DNA of 31,721 nucleotides from Crocinitomicaceae bacterium (lineage in GTDB: Bacteria > Bacteroidota > Bacteroidia > Flavobacteriales_D > Crocinitomicaceae): the NCBI GenBank assembly GCA_015662935.1, contig DQTF01000116.1:1-31721 (forward strand), given 5' to 3'. A model generated the notes under the pieces. The model was given only the letters and a program-made list of their open reading frames with translations. It was not told where the DNA came from and ran no database searches. Positions within the stretch are counted from its first letter, which is position 1. Every line of letters begins with the position of its first letter. Positions 18,453 through 26,103 of this stretch are shown in pieces. A program made the position numbers and the translations under genes.

Positions 18453-19315
18453 TCCTCAATCAATACGCCCATTTTGCCTATCTGATAATCGCGCATTGCC
18501 TCCATTATCTCGGCTTCTGTGTTCATCACAAATGGACCGTGTTGCACCATTTTTTCTTTAATGGGAACACCTCCAAGAATTAAATATTCTACTGTTGAGT
18601 TGGCTGTAATTTTAATTTCTTTCGCATTGTTTTCAAATAGAATGAGTGATTTTGGATCGACGATTCCATGCCCTGAGATGCAAATATCTCCGTTAATAAC
18701 GTAAATCATCAGGTTGAATTTTTCTTCAATCACCAACTTCTGGACTCCTTCTTTTTGAGCGTTACTCCATATAATCAACAACTCAGAATCACCATTCATT
18801 GCTCCTTTTACAGCATTGTATTCTCCAGTAATAACTTTGCTCCGAACAAGTTTGTCATCAGAAAAGAAGTGTGGAATATCCTTTTCGTGAGAATGCTGAT
18901 AACTCGGTTCTTTGCTTTTATTGGTTGCAGGAGAATTAATCCATAACTGGATGATTTCTGTTGCACCATTAACTGCAGCAATCGCATCCGAAGGTCTTTC
19001 GCTGTGCACAATTCCTAATCCTGCGTTCATCCATTGCACTTCTCCTTTCATTGCAACTTGATTATTACCCCTGCTGTCCCGATGGTTGATTTCTCCATTA
19101 ATAACAAAAGTCACAGGACTAAATCCTCGGTGTGGGTGAGGTCCAATTCCCTGCTGCATTGCGGGTTTTCTACTCGTGTATTTAAAGTTGCCGTGATGCA
19201 AGAGTAAAAACGGATCAAACTGAGGTACATTATTCGTTGGTAATGCTTGTTTAAGCATTATTCCTCCCATGTTAATATCAAATGACGGAATGATTTGTTC
19301 TACTTTTCGTAACAT
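18449..19315 (-). CDS. Pirin family protein
   Basis: [39 protein letters not shown]. Confidence 0.93.
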   Translation of the reverse strand: MLRKVEQIIPSFDINMGGIMLKQALPTNNVPQFDPFLLLHHGNFKYTSRKPAMQQGIGPHPHRGFSPVTFVINGEINHRDSRGNNQVAMKGEVQWMNAGLGIVHSERPSDAIAAVNGATEIIQLWINSPATNKSKEPSYQHSHEKDIPHFFSDDKLVRSKVITGEYNAVKGAMNGDSELLIIWSNAQKEGVQKLVIEEKFNLMIYVINGDICISGHGIVDPKSLILFENNAKEIKITANSTVEYLILGGVPIKEKMVQHGPFVMNTEAEIMEAMRDYQIGKMGVLIED

Positions 19316-19324
19316 ACTATTTAT

Positions 19325-19855
19325 TTAAAGGGCATTTTTAAATTCGCTTATTTTTTCATTCAAAACTGCTCCAAGCTCTTCATTTTGAATTGATTGATCT
19401 GAAAAGTTGTCGTAAAATGAAGGCAAAGAAAAAGTAGCAATGACATTTGCTCCTAAATGTGGGAAACTTGCGGCTGCAGAGTTGAGAACTGTTTGTCCAC
19501 CTCTTGCTCCAGGAGAAGTTGCTAGTAATAACATTGGTCTTTCTCCCCACAATTTTGGGTTGATTCGCGACATCCAATCCATTGCATTTTTAAATGCTGC
19601 TGAATAAGACCCGTTGTGCTCTGCTAAAGAAACAACCACCCCGTCCGCAGATGCGATTACATCAATTAATCGCTGTGCATCTTTCGGAATTCCTTTTTCG
19701 TTTTCAAAATCAACACCATAAAGAGGTAAATCGTAATCGTTTAAATCGAGAACGATTGTTTCTGAATTGTCTATTTTATTTGCAGAATATACAGCCAATC
19801 TTTTGTTGATTGATTCTTTACTGTTGCTTCCTCCTAGTGCTATTGTTTTTTTCAT
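19325..19855 (-). CDS. NAD(P)H-dependent FMN reductase (flavodoxin-like)
   Basis: GGSNSKESIN, SLAEHNGSYSAAFKNAMDW, LLATSPGARGG. Confidence 0.9.
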   Translation of the reverse strand: MKKTIALGGSNSKESINKRLAVYSANKIDNSETIVLDLNDYDLPLYGVDFENEKGIPKDAQRLIDVIASADGVVVSLAEHNGSYSAAFKNAMDWMSRINPKLWGERPMLLLATSPGARGGQTVLNSAAASFPHLGANVIATFSLPSFYDNFSDQSIQNEELGAVLNEKISEFKNAL

Positions 19856-19859
19856 AGTG

Positions 19860-19867
19860 TAAATTTA
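19860..19867 (-). promoter_or_regulatory. -7 box (TAAATTTA), 4 nt before the FMN reductase ATG
   Basis: The minus strand reads TAAATTTA-cact-ATG. Confidence 0.55.
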
Positions 19868-19889
19868 AGATGTTTCTCTTTGTTAGACG

Positions 19890-19903
19890 TTAACCTAAAT
19901 TAA
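19890..19903. promoter_or_regulatory. Putative Crp/Fnr operator TTAAC-N4-ATTAA
   Basis: FNR-like 5-4-5 near-palindrome. Its centre (19896.5) is 41.5 bp upstream of the reductase ATG, and a Crp/Fnr gene is adjacent. Confidence 0.55.
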
Positions 19904-19968
19904 GATGTATAGAACCTTCTTACCCGCATGGAAAATAAAATATTGAATAACCAATGTAAAAGGGAATG

Positions 19969-20022
19969 ACTCTCGATTTCAAATTTCGTCTACAAAATGC
20001 TTCAGTCGAAAACTCGAACAGC
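19969..20022. repeat. REP-like element CTCGAT...ACTCGAAC with internal hairpin
   Basis: actctcgatttcaaa-tttcgtct-acaaaatgcttc-agtcgaaa-actcgaacagc, immediately downstream of the crp stop. Confidence 0.4.
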
Positions 20023-20026
20023 GCAT

Positions 20027-20596
20027 CTATTTAAACCTCATTCCTTTCACTTTACTCAGTGCCTCGGGTGTTATACCAAGATAAGAAGCAATCATTTTTT
20101 GTGGTACACGTTGAATAATATCAGGATAGGTTTCCATAAAATGCTCGTACCTTTCAATCGCGCTTGCAGAAATGAGCATAATTATTCGTTTTTGCATTGT
20201 AGCCATTCTTCGCAACATACCCACCGTTCTATCTTTATCATTGATAGCTGCAAGGGGTAAAAACAATTCGTTAAAATCAGCTTGACTGACCACTTCTACT
20301 TCTGAGTCTTCTAGGCAATCGATGAATAGTTCAGAAGGGTTGTCGTCTTTTGAGCCGTCTGCCATCAACCATCCTTCAGGAGCAAACATAAAGATATGTT
20401 CTTTACCTTTTTCATCGATGATGTAACTTCTGAGCATTCCCTTTTTTACGAAGTAAAGGTTCGTATTAATACCTCCTTGTTGCTGAAGAACATTTCCTTT
20501 TTTAACGGAGAGAATTTTCACACTTGCCTTTAACTCTGCCAATTTAGGAGAATGATTTATTTCTGCTTCTGCAAGAGTTTCTCGGAAAGAACGCAT
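20027..20596 (-). CDS. Crp/Fnr family transcriptional regulator
   Basis: cNMP-binding-like barrel (LYFVKKGMLRSYIIDEKGKEHIFMFAPEGW) and C-terminal HTH (VPQKMIASYLGITPEALSKV). Confidence 0.93.
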   Translation of the reverse strand: MRSFRETLAEAEINHSPKLAELKASVKILSVKKGNVLQQQGGINTNLYFVKKGMLRSYIIDEKGKEHIFMFAPEGWLMADGSKDDNPSELFIDCLEDSEVEVVSQADFNELFLPLAAINDKDRTVGMLRRMATMQKRIIMLISASAIERYEHFMETYPDIIQRVPQKMIASYLGITPEALSKVKGMRFK

Positions 20597-21061
20597 CTAT
20601 ACCAATTTTGAGATTCCCATCATAACACCAATGTGAACCGCTTCGTGGATGTTGTTGAACTCAATTGCTTCATCAACATTGTTCAATTCTACATTCAACC
20701 CGGTCATAAATTGCGTATAATCTGTTTGGCAAATTCTTTCATAATCTTTTTCTAGCAGGTCAACTAACTCTAAAGAACGAATTTTTAAGTCTTCAAACTC
20801 CTTCTTAGAAAGTGTTTCTTTTCCAGTTGCACCTTTCTTGAATAAGTGAACGATGTTTTTGTCTAAGTGGAGTTCATTTCCTGATAAACCATAGATTAAT
20901 AGTTGCTGAACGACAACAATATGACCGAAGTTCCATAGCATTGAGTTAGAAAATCCAGCAGGAACGGTAGTTAGTTGCTCGTAGGAGAATTTACCCATTA
21001 AATCTAGCACAAAAAGCCTTGTAGAACGGAGTGTGTTTATGGAGTATTGTATATTTTTCAT
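20597..21061 (-). CDS. DinB/YfiT-like family protein
   Basis: P.GF.NS..WNFGH and C-terminal FNNIHEAVHIG (His triad). Confidence 0.85.
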   Translation of the reverse strand: MKNIQYSINTLRSTRLFVLDLMGKFSYEQLTTVPAGFSNSMLWNFGHIVVVQQLLIYGLSGNELHLDKNIVHLFKKGATGKETLSKKEFEDLKIRSLELVDLLEKDYERICQTDYTQFMTGLNVELNNVDEAIEFNNIHEAVHIGVMMGISKLV

Positions 21062-21066
21062 TGCTT

Positions 21067-21990
21067 CTATAATCGTTGTTCCAAAATTTCTATTCTCTTC
21101 GTGATTGGAGGGTGTGTTGCAAACAAATTTCTAAGTTTTGCTAAAAAACCTGTTTTCACACCACTATTTTCGATAAACATTTGCTTCACATCATTGCTTT
21201 TCACGTCCACTTCTGGGTTGGTAGAAATTTTTCGCAATGCGGAGGCAAGTGCATGAGAGTTTTTGGTTAATTCAACTGCTCCGGCGTCTGCTAAATACTC
21301 TCTTTTTCTCGATAATGAAAACCGAAACAGTAATGTTAAGAAATAGCCAAGTGTTGCTATTACCACAGCGATGATTAATATTTTAGGATCCATTTTACTA
21401 TCTCTTCTTCTACCTCCAAACATAAAAGAACGCATTCCAACCTGGATGAGAAAACCAAAAATTCCGACAAAAACAATAGAAATGATGAGTAAACGAACAT
21501 CTTTGTTGCGAATATGCGTTAGTTCATGGGCAATTACTCCTTCTAGTTCATCGTCGGTTAAGCGTTCGATAATCCCAGATGTAAGTGTAACGGAAAAAGA
21601 TTTGGTGTCAATTCCAGAAGCAAAAGCATTGAGTCCAGGAGAGTTAATGACAAATAATTTCGGCATTGTCATTCCAATAGACATGCATAAATTTTCTGTC
21701 ATGTTGTAAATTTTCGTATTCTCTTTTCGAGAAAGGGATTTTGCCTTTGTAGAGCGTTTGATAATTGCTGTGTGAGAAAAATAAGCAATCAAAAACCAGA
21801 CACCTACTCCCACAATGACAAAAGGAACAGTTCCTAGGAATGCTTCATTCACAACTTCCATGTTGGGTTGGTACCCGATAAAGAAAACAAGGTAAGTTCC
21901 TCCCAAAATAATGGCAGGAAAAGAAATTAAAAGCAAAAGGGACTTGAAGTTATTTTGCCTTATTTGCTTTTGTAGTCCGATGTAACTCAT
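21067..21990 (-). CDS. htpX: M48 family Zn metalloprotease (HtpX-like)
   Basis: NAFASG, GVIAHELTH (HExxH), SRKREYLADAGA, LASALRKI, FATHPP...RI. Confidence 0.88.
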   Translation of the reverse strand: MSYIGLQKQIRQNNFKSLLLLISFPAIILGGTYLVFFIGYQPNMEVVNEAFLGTVPFVIVGVGVWFLIAYFSHTAIIKRSTKAKSLSRKENTKIYNMTENLCMSIGMTMPKLFVINSPGLNAFASGIDTKSFSVTLTSGIIERLTDDELEGVIAHELTHIRNKDVRLLIISIVFVGIFGFLIQVGMRSFMFGGRRRDSKMDPKILIIAVVIATLGYFLTLLFRFSLSRKREYLADAGAVELTKNSHALASALRKISTNPEVDVKSNDVKQMFIENSGVKTGFLAKLRNLFATHPPITKRIEILEQRL

Positions 21991-21997
21991 ATAAATA

Positions 21998-22561
21998 TTA
22001 AAATTTAATCTCTGGAGCTTCGTCTAGTTTTGCTCTTTGAATTTCTCCTAAATCAAACATCGGTTGCGGAGTCATTTTTTTTATGTTTGCTACAAAATTG
22101 GTTGGAATAGATTCAATTGCCGTATTTAATTCTTTTGTTGCTGAGTTAAAGAAACGTCTAACAGCAGCTAGTTTATTCTCAACATCAGAAATTTCGTCCT
22201 GCAATTGTAAAAAATTGGCACTTGCTTTTAGGTCTGGGTATGCCTCAACTTGAATGTTGAACCCACCCATTGCAGCAGTCAATTCATTGTTTGCATCAAT
22301 TTTATCATTAATCGTTTTTGCACCCATTGCGCGCGTTCTTGCCTCAGTAATACGAGTCAAAACACCACTTTCATGATCCATGTATCCTTTAACAGTAGAA
22401 ATCAACTGAGGGATTAAATCGTAACGCTGTTTTAATTGTACGTCAATATCAGCAAACGCATTTTCTCTGTTGTTTTTTAGGGCAACTAATTTATTGTTAG
22501 CAGAAATATACCATAGTATCACTACTGCTCCAATTCCTAATAAAATCCATAATCCTGTCAT
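21998..22561 (-). CDS. lemA: LemA family protein
   Basis: N-terminal TM segment, IDVQLKQRYDLIPQL, EAYPDLKAS.NF..LQ, ENKLAAVRRFFN. Confidence 0.95.
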   Translation of the reverse strand: MTGLWILLGIGAVVILWYISANNKLVALKNNRENAFADIDVQLKQRYDLIPQLISTVKGYMDHESGVLTRITEARTRAMGAKTINDKIDANNELTAAMGGFNIQVEAYPDLKASANFLQLQDEISDVENKLAAVRRFFNSATKELNTAIESIPTNFVANIKKMTPQPMFDLGEIQRAKLDEAPEIKF

Positions 22562-22609
22562 AATAATTGTGTTAAATTTTTACCTAAAGATATAAAATTT
22601 GTTGGGAAT

Positions 22610-22636
22610 TGTAACTTTTCTGTAACTTGTTAGTCT
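22610..22636 (+). promoter_or_regulatory. Putative ECF-sigma promoter TGTAAC-N16-AGTCT
   Basis: Lies 20 nt upstream of the ECF sigma ATG. TGTAACTT occurs twice, 11 bp apart (22610 and 22621). Confidence 0.5.
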
Positions 22637-22656
22637 TACACTTGAAAGAAAAGCGA

Positions 22657-23139
22657 ATGACTCAAAAAGAGTACAATAAAGCAGTGGATGAATTTTCGGA
22701 TAATATATTCCGATTTGCATTGAAGCATCTTAGAAACGAGATGTCCGCTAAAGATATTGTGCAAGAGACATTTACAAAAGTTTGGATAAAGCATGAAGAG
22801 GTTAGTTACGAGAAAGTAAAATCTTATTTATTTACAACGGCTTACCATGCTATTGTTGATTGGGCAAAGAAAGAAAAACGCTCTGGTGATATTGAACAAA
22901 CCGAAGAAAGAGGAGCAACCCAAAGCATGAATTTTGAAGTGCAAGAGGTTTTGACAGAAGCATTAGAGAAATTACCAGAAATTCAAAAATCTGTTGTGCT
23001 TTTGAGAGATTATGAAGGTTATAATTACGCAGAAATAGCAAAAATCACCCAATTGAGTGAGTCTCAAGTGAAGGTGTATATTTTTAGAGCGAGAAAAACG
23101 TTAAAAGAGTATATAAAGAGATTGGATTTGGTGGTGTGA
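22657..23139 (+). CDS. ECF RNA polymerase sigma-70 factor
   Basis: Region 2 (AKDIVQETFTKVW...KSYLFTTAYH) and region 4 (LEKLPEIQKSVVLLRDYEGYNYAEIA...VKVYIFRARKTL). ATG at 22657 is preferred. Confidence 0.93.
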   Translation: MTQKEYNKAVDEFSDNIFRFALKHLRNEMSAKDIVQETFTKVWIKHEEVSYEKVKSYLFTTAYHAIVDWAKKEKRSGDIEQTEERGATQSMNFEVQEVLTEALEKLPEIQKSVVLLRDYEGYNYAEIAKITQLSESQVKVYIFRARKTLKEYIKRLDLVV

Positions 23140-23164
23140 AGTTGAAATAAACGATTAGAATAAA

Positions 23165-24229
23165 ATGGAAAAAATAAGTGTTTTTAATTATGAAGCGTTC
23201 TACCTCGATTTCCTTGAAGGGAATTTGAATGAGGTGGATACCGTTTTGTTTTTAGAATTCTTATCGGCAAACCCAGATCTAAAAATGGAGGAAGACGATT
23301 TACCAATATTCTCGGAAGAAAGCATCGCACTAGATTTAAAAACCAAAGAAAACTTAAAGCACCACACAGAAGATGAGCTTGTCGTTTTGGCAAACATAGA
23401 ACATTTTTTAATTGCCCAAGTAGAAGGAATTATTTCTCCTGAAAAGTCGAAAGAGGTTGACTCTTTTGTTGCTGCTAATTCCGTTTTCTCAAAAGAAAAA
23501 GCATTGTATAACAGTGCTTATTTTATAGCGGATGAACGCATTGTTTTTGAAAACAAGCAATCTTTGAAACGAAAGAAAGCGATAGTTCTTTGGCCGTATT
23601 ACGCAGCCGCAGCAAGTTTACTTTTGGCGATGCTAGTGTGGTACTCTAATTCTAACGGAAAGCTGGAACAACAAAATCTTTTCGCAGATGATACGATAGA
23701 AAAAAACATTCAAAACACTGATAGTGATACCCTTGTAAAAGAAGATGTTGTTTTAGAAAATAACAATGACTCTAAAAAAATGAATGGAGCTACAGAGAAT
23801 TATTCTCCAAAAAACAACCCAATCTTCAACGAGGAGAACAACATTTCTCATTTGCCAATCGCGAGGAATAACTCGGTAGAGAATGATAATCAAACAGTGA
23901 TTGCAGACAATTCACCATCTCCAAAGAAAATGAAAGAAATTGTCAAGAAAAAGAAGTCAATCATCCCTTCTATTGAAAACATTGAGTTGACTCTGGTTTC
24001 TAGCAATGAACAATTAATGGCCAATTCCGAAGTCGCAAAAGAAGAGAATAATGATTATGCTTCGATTTATTTTTCAGATGTGGCAAATCCGATAGAACCA
24101 ATGACCAGCTTTGTCGCTAAAAAAACGAAGACAGAAGTTGATTTTAGACGTCAGAAGAAAACAGAAACAAAGCCAAGTAAAATTTATTTGAAAATCGGGA
24201 AGTTTGAATTCTCCAGAAAGAAGCACTAA
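23165..24229 (+). CDS. Probable anti-sigma factor (single TM)
   Basis: Directly follows the ECF gene. Has an N-terminal NYEAFYLDFLEGNL domain, one TM segment (WPYYAAAASLLLAMLVWY) and a low-complexity extracytoplasmic region. Confidence 0.7.
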   Translation: MEKISVFNYEAFYLDFLEGNLNEVDTVLFLEFLSANPDLKMEEDDLPIFSEESIALDLKTKENLKHHTEDELVVLANIEHFLIAQVEGIISPEKSKEVDSFVAANSVFSKEKALYNSAYFIADERIVFENKQSLKRKKAIVLWPYYAAAASLLLAMLVWYSNSNGKLEQQNLFADDTIEKNIQNTDSDTLVKEDVVLENNNDSKKMNGATENYSPKNNPIFNEENNISHLPIARNNSVENDNQTVIADNSPSPKKMKEIVKKKKSIIPSIENIELTLVSSNEQLMANSEVAKEENNDYASIYFSDVANPIEPMTSFVAKKTKTEVDFRRQKKTETKPSKIYLKIGKFEFSRKKH

Positions 24230-24958
24230 TTATTCAATTACAATTATGGCTTCAACGCGTCTATTTTTCTTTTTGTTCTCTTCATTTATTTCAGGATACC
24301 TTGGTTGTAAGTTAGAGTGGCCAAATGATTTAATTTTGGTGGCGTCAACTCCACGGCGAATAAGGTGCTTTTGAATTCTTTTTGCTCTGTCAAGAGATAA
24401 TTGTTGGCCTGAACCACAACAGACATGACCGTGCAATTGAATCTGAATATAATTAGTTGTGTCTATCAAATCAAACAGTTCTTCTACAATTGGTCTAGAT
24501 TCAGGAAGAAGAATATCTTGATTATTGATAAAGGTCAGATTAAGAACCAAAGTGTCTAGTGTTTTTATTACTTCTGTAATAGGGGGAACGATTCGTTTTT
24601 CAAATACGAGAATCACACATCTGTTTTGTGCAAGGCTCCGAAAAGAAGACACTTCACCAATAATCATTGTTTTTATGGCGGATAATTTATTGATTATCTT
24701 TGATTTAACATGATCTATTCTTCTACTTGCTAATGCTTGGTTGTAAGATTCTGTTCCTGATGTATCTGTGCACCCGATAAGAGTAACTGTTTGTTCAGAA
24801 GAAATAGCATCAATTTTTTGATAGGCTTCCCCATTGCTTTTTATGAGTTCAGAATTCGAATCGTCAACGTTGAAATAAATAAAAATGGAATCGAGTTTTG
24901 TTTGCGAAAAAGAGATGAAAGAAAGAGCAATAATAAAAAAGGAGAGAAGAGTTTTCAT
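24230..24958 (-). CDS. OmpA-like domain protein (two tandem OmpA_C-like domains, no beta-barrel)
   Basis: Signal peptide, then domain 1 GCTD.SG..SYN..LA.RR...NRCV and domain 2 GHVCC...LS..RA....NRRVE. Confidence 0.85.
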   Translation of the reverse strand: MKTLLSFFIIALSFISFSQTKLDSIFIYFNVDDSNSELIKSNGEAYQKIDAISSEQTVTLIGCTDTSGTESYNQALASRRIDHVKSKIINKLSAIKTMIIGEVSSFRSLAQNRCVILVFEKRIVPPITEVIKTLDTLVLNLTFINNQDILLPESRPIVEELFDLIDTTNYIQIQLHGHVCCGSGQQLSLDRAKRIQKHLIRRGVDATKIKSFGHSNLQPRYPEINEENKKKNRRVEAIIVIE

Positions 24959-24965
24959 ATCGTTT

Positions 24966-24991
24966 TAACGAATAAAAAAATAAATGTTACA
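24966..24991 (-). promoter_or_regulatory. Putative ECF-sigma promoter TGTAAC-N15-CGTTA upstream of the ompA-like gene
   Basis: Read on the minus strand in the 37-nt gap before ATG 24958. Confidence 0.45.
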
Positions 24992-24995
24992 CAAT

Positions 24996-25988
24996 TCAGA
25001 ATGTATAATATTTTCTAACGATTTCTTCTCCCAACTTATTCTGCACTGTATATTTTGTGTTCCCTTTACCTCCAGAAGAAGGATGATAAGGATACCATCT
25101 CCACAAAAAACCACCTGCAACAAAGTCTTTTTTCCAAACAGATTTGAATAATGCTTCCAATGAATTCACTTGTGAGTTTTCATCAAAAATTTCATCTGAA
25201 AAATGCACCCAAGGTTTAAACGCTGACCTTTGAATGCTTCGGTAACCAAATTCAGTTAGTAGAATTTTCTTATTCATTAGTTGACTTGTTTTTTCCATTT
25301 TGGCAAGAATGGGTTCCCAACCGTTTTCTAATTCTTTCAAGGTTGGTTTTTGTTTTTTAGAAATCGGAAAATACGCATCGACACCTATATAATCAAGCTC
25401 TTTCCAATGAGGAAATTTCTCGTAATCGTCCCAATTGGCAGCGTATGTTAATTTACCAGTGTAAATTTTTCGAATATCTTTAATCAGTTTCTTCCAAAAC
25501 TTAGGACGCTCTTTCACAAAACGACCTAATTCTGTTCCGACGCAAAAAAGGGCAATATTTTCTTCTTGAGCAATTTTTATGAAAGCAAAAATGTAAGTTC
25601 TATAACTTTGCTCAAAACTTTTCCAATCTCGTTTTTTTCTATAATTAATGTGACCAACATAACGTCCATTAGATTCTCTCACTTGTGGTTTTAGCATCAC
25701 AGAAAAGTTGTTTTCATGCGCTAATTGAACCATTTGACGAACTCCTTTCAAGCGTTCTCCATAATATTCCCAAGGTTGATCGTAAACTAAACGAGCAGAA
25801 TTGGAAGAATCAATGTCGCAAAAAGGCACAATCGAAATCCATTCTGCATCAAGCTGTTGTATCGGTTTTAATTGGTCAAAAACTAACTTTTCTTTGACAG
25901 AAACAATGTTGACTCCTTCTATTCTCTCTTGTGAAAATATAGTTTTTGTCAGGAATAAAATCAGAAAAAAAACAAAAGATTTAGTCAT
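24996..25988 (-). CDS. Glycoside hydrolase family 113-like TIM barrel (secreted)
   Basis: Signal peptide, VMLKPQV, FCVGTEL, LTYAANWD, LDYIGVDAYFP, TEFGYRS, GGFLW.W. Both putative catalytic Glu are present. Confidence 0.8.
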   Translation of the reverse strand: MTKSFVFFLILFLTKTIFSQERIEGVNIVSVKEKLVFDQLKPIQQLDAEWISIVPFCDIDSSNSARLVYDQPWEYYGERLKGVRQMVQLAHENNFSVMLKPQVRESNGRYVGHINYRKKRDWKSFEQSYRTYIFAFIKIAQEENIALFCVGTELGRFVKERPKFWKKLIKDIRKIYTGKLTYAANWDDYEKFPHWKELDYIGVDAYFPISKKQKPTLKELENGWEPILAKMEKTSQLMNKKILLTEFGYRSIQRSAFKPWVHFSDEIFDENSQVNSLEALFKSVWKKDFVAGGFLWRWYPYHPSSGGKGNTKYTVQNKLGEEIVRKYYTF

Positions 25989-26103
25989 GGATTAATTTGG
26001 AGAATGAAGTTAAGTAAAATATTAGACATCTTCAATTTTTTTAATATTCAAATATTTTCCACATTTTAATTATATTTACTCTTCTCAAAACTGAACCTCG
26101 AGA

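Noticed and set aside
19865-19908. Direct repeat TTAAGATGT (19865 and 19900) as a separate operator
   Set aside because: There are only two AT-rich 9-mers, and each overlaps an element already explained (the -7 box and the FNR-like half-site). I cannot distinguish it from chance.
19885-19911. ECF promoter for the FMN reductase (CGTCT on the minus strand)
   Set aside because: No TGTAAC-like -35 element lies at a suitable distance. The -7 box plus the Crp/Fnr site explains the region better.
130-22627. ORF-track starts at 130, 1574, 3059, 6464, 10718, 12405 and 22627
   Set aside because: These are longest-ORF artefacts. They run through terminators, promoters or neighbouring genes. Downstream ATGs (or the open frame at base 1) fit signal peptides and family N-termini better.
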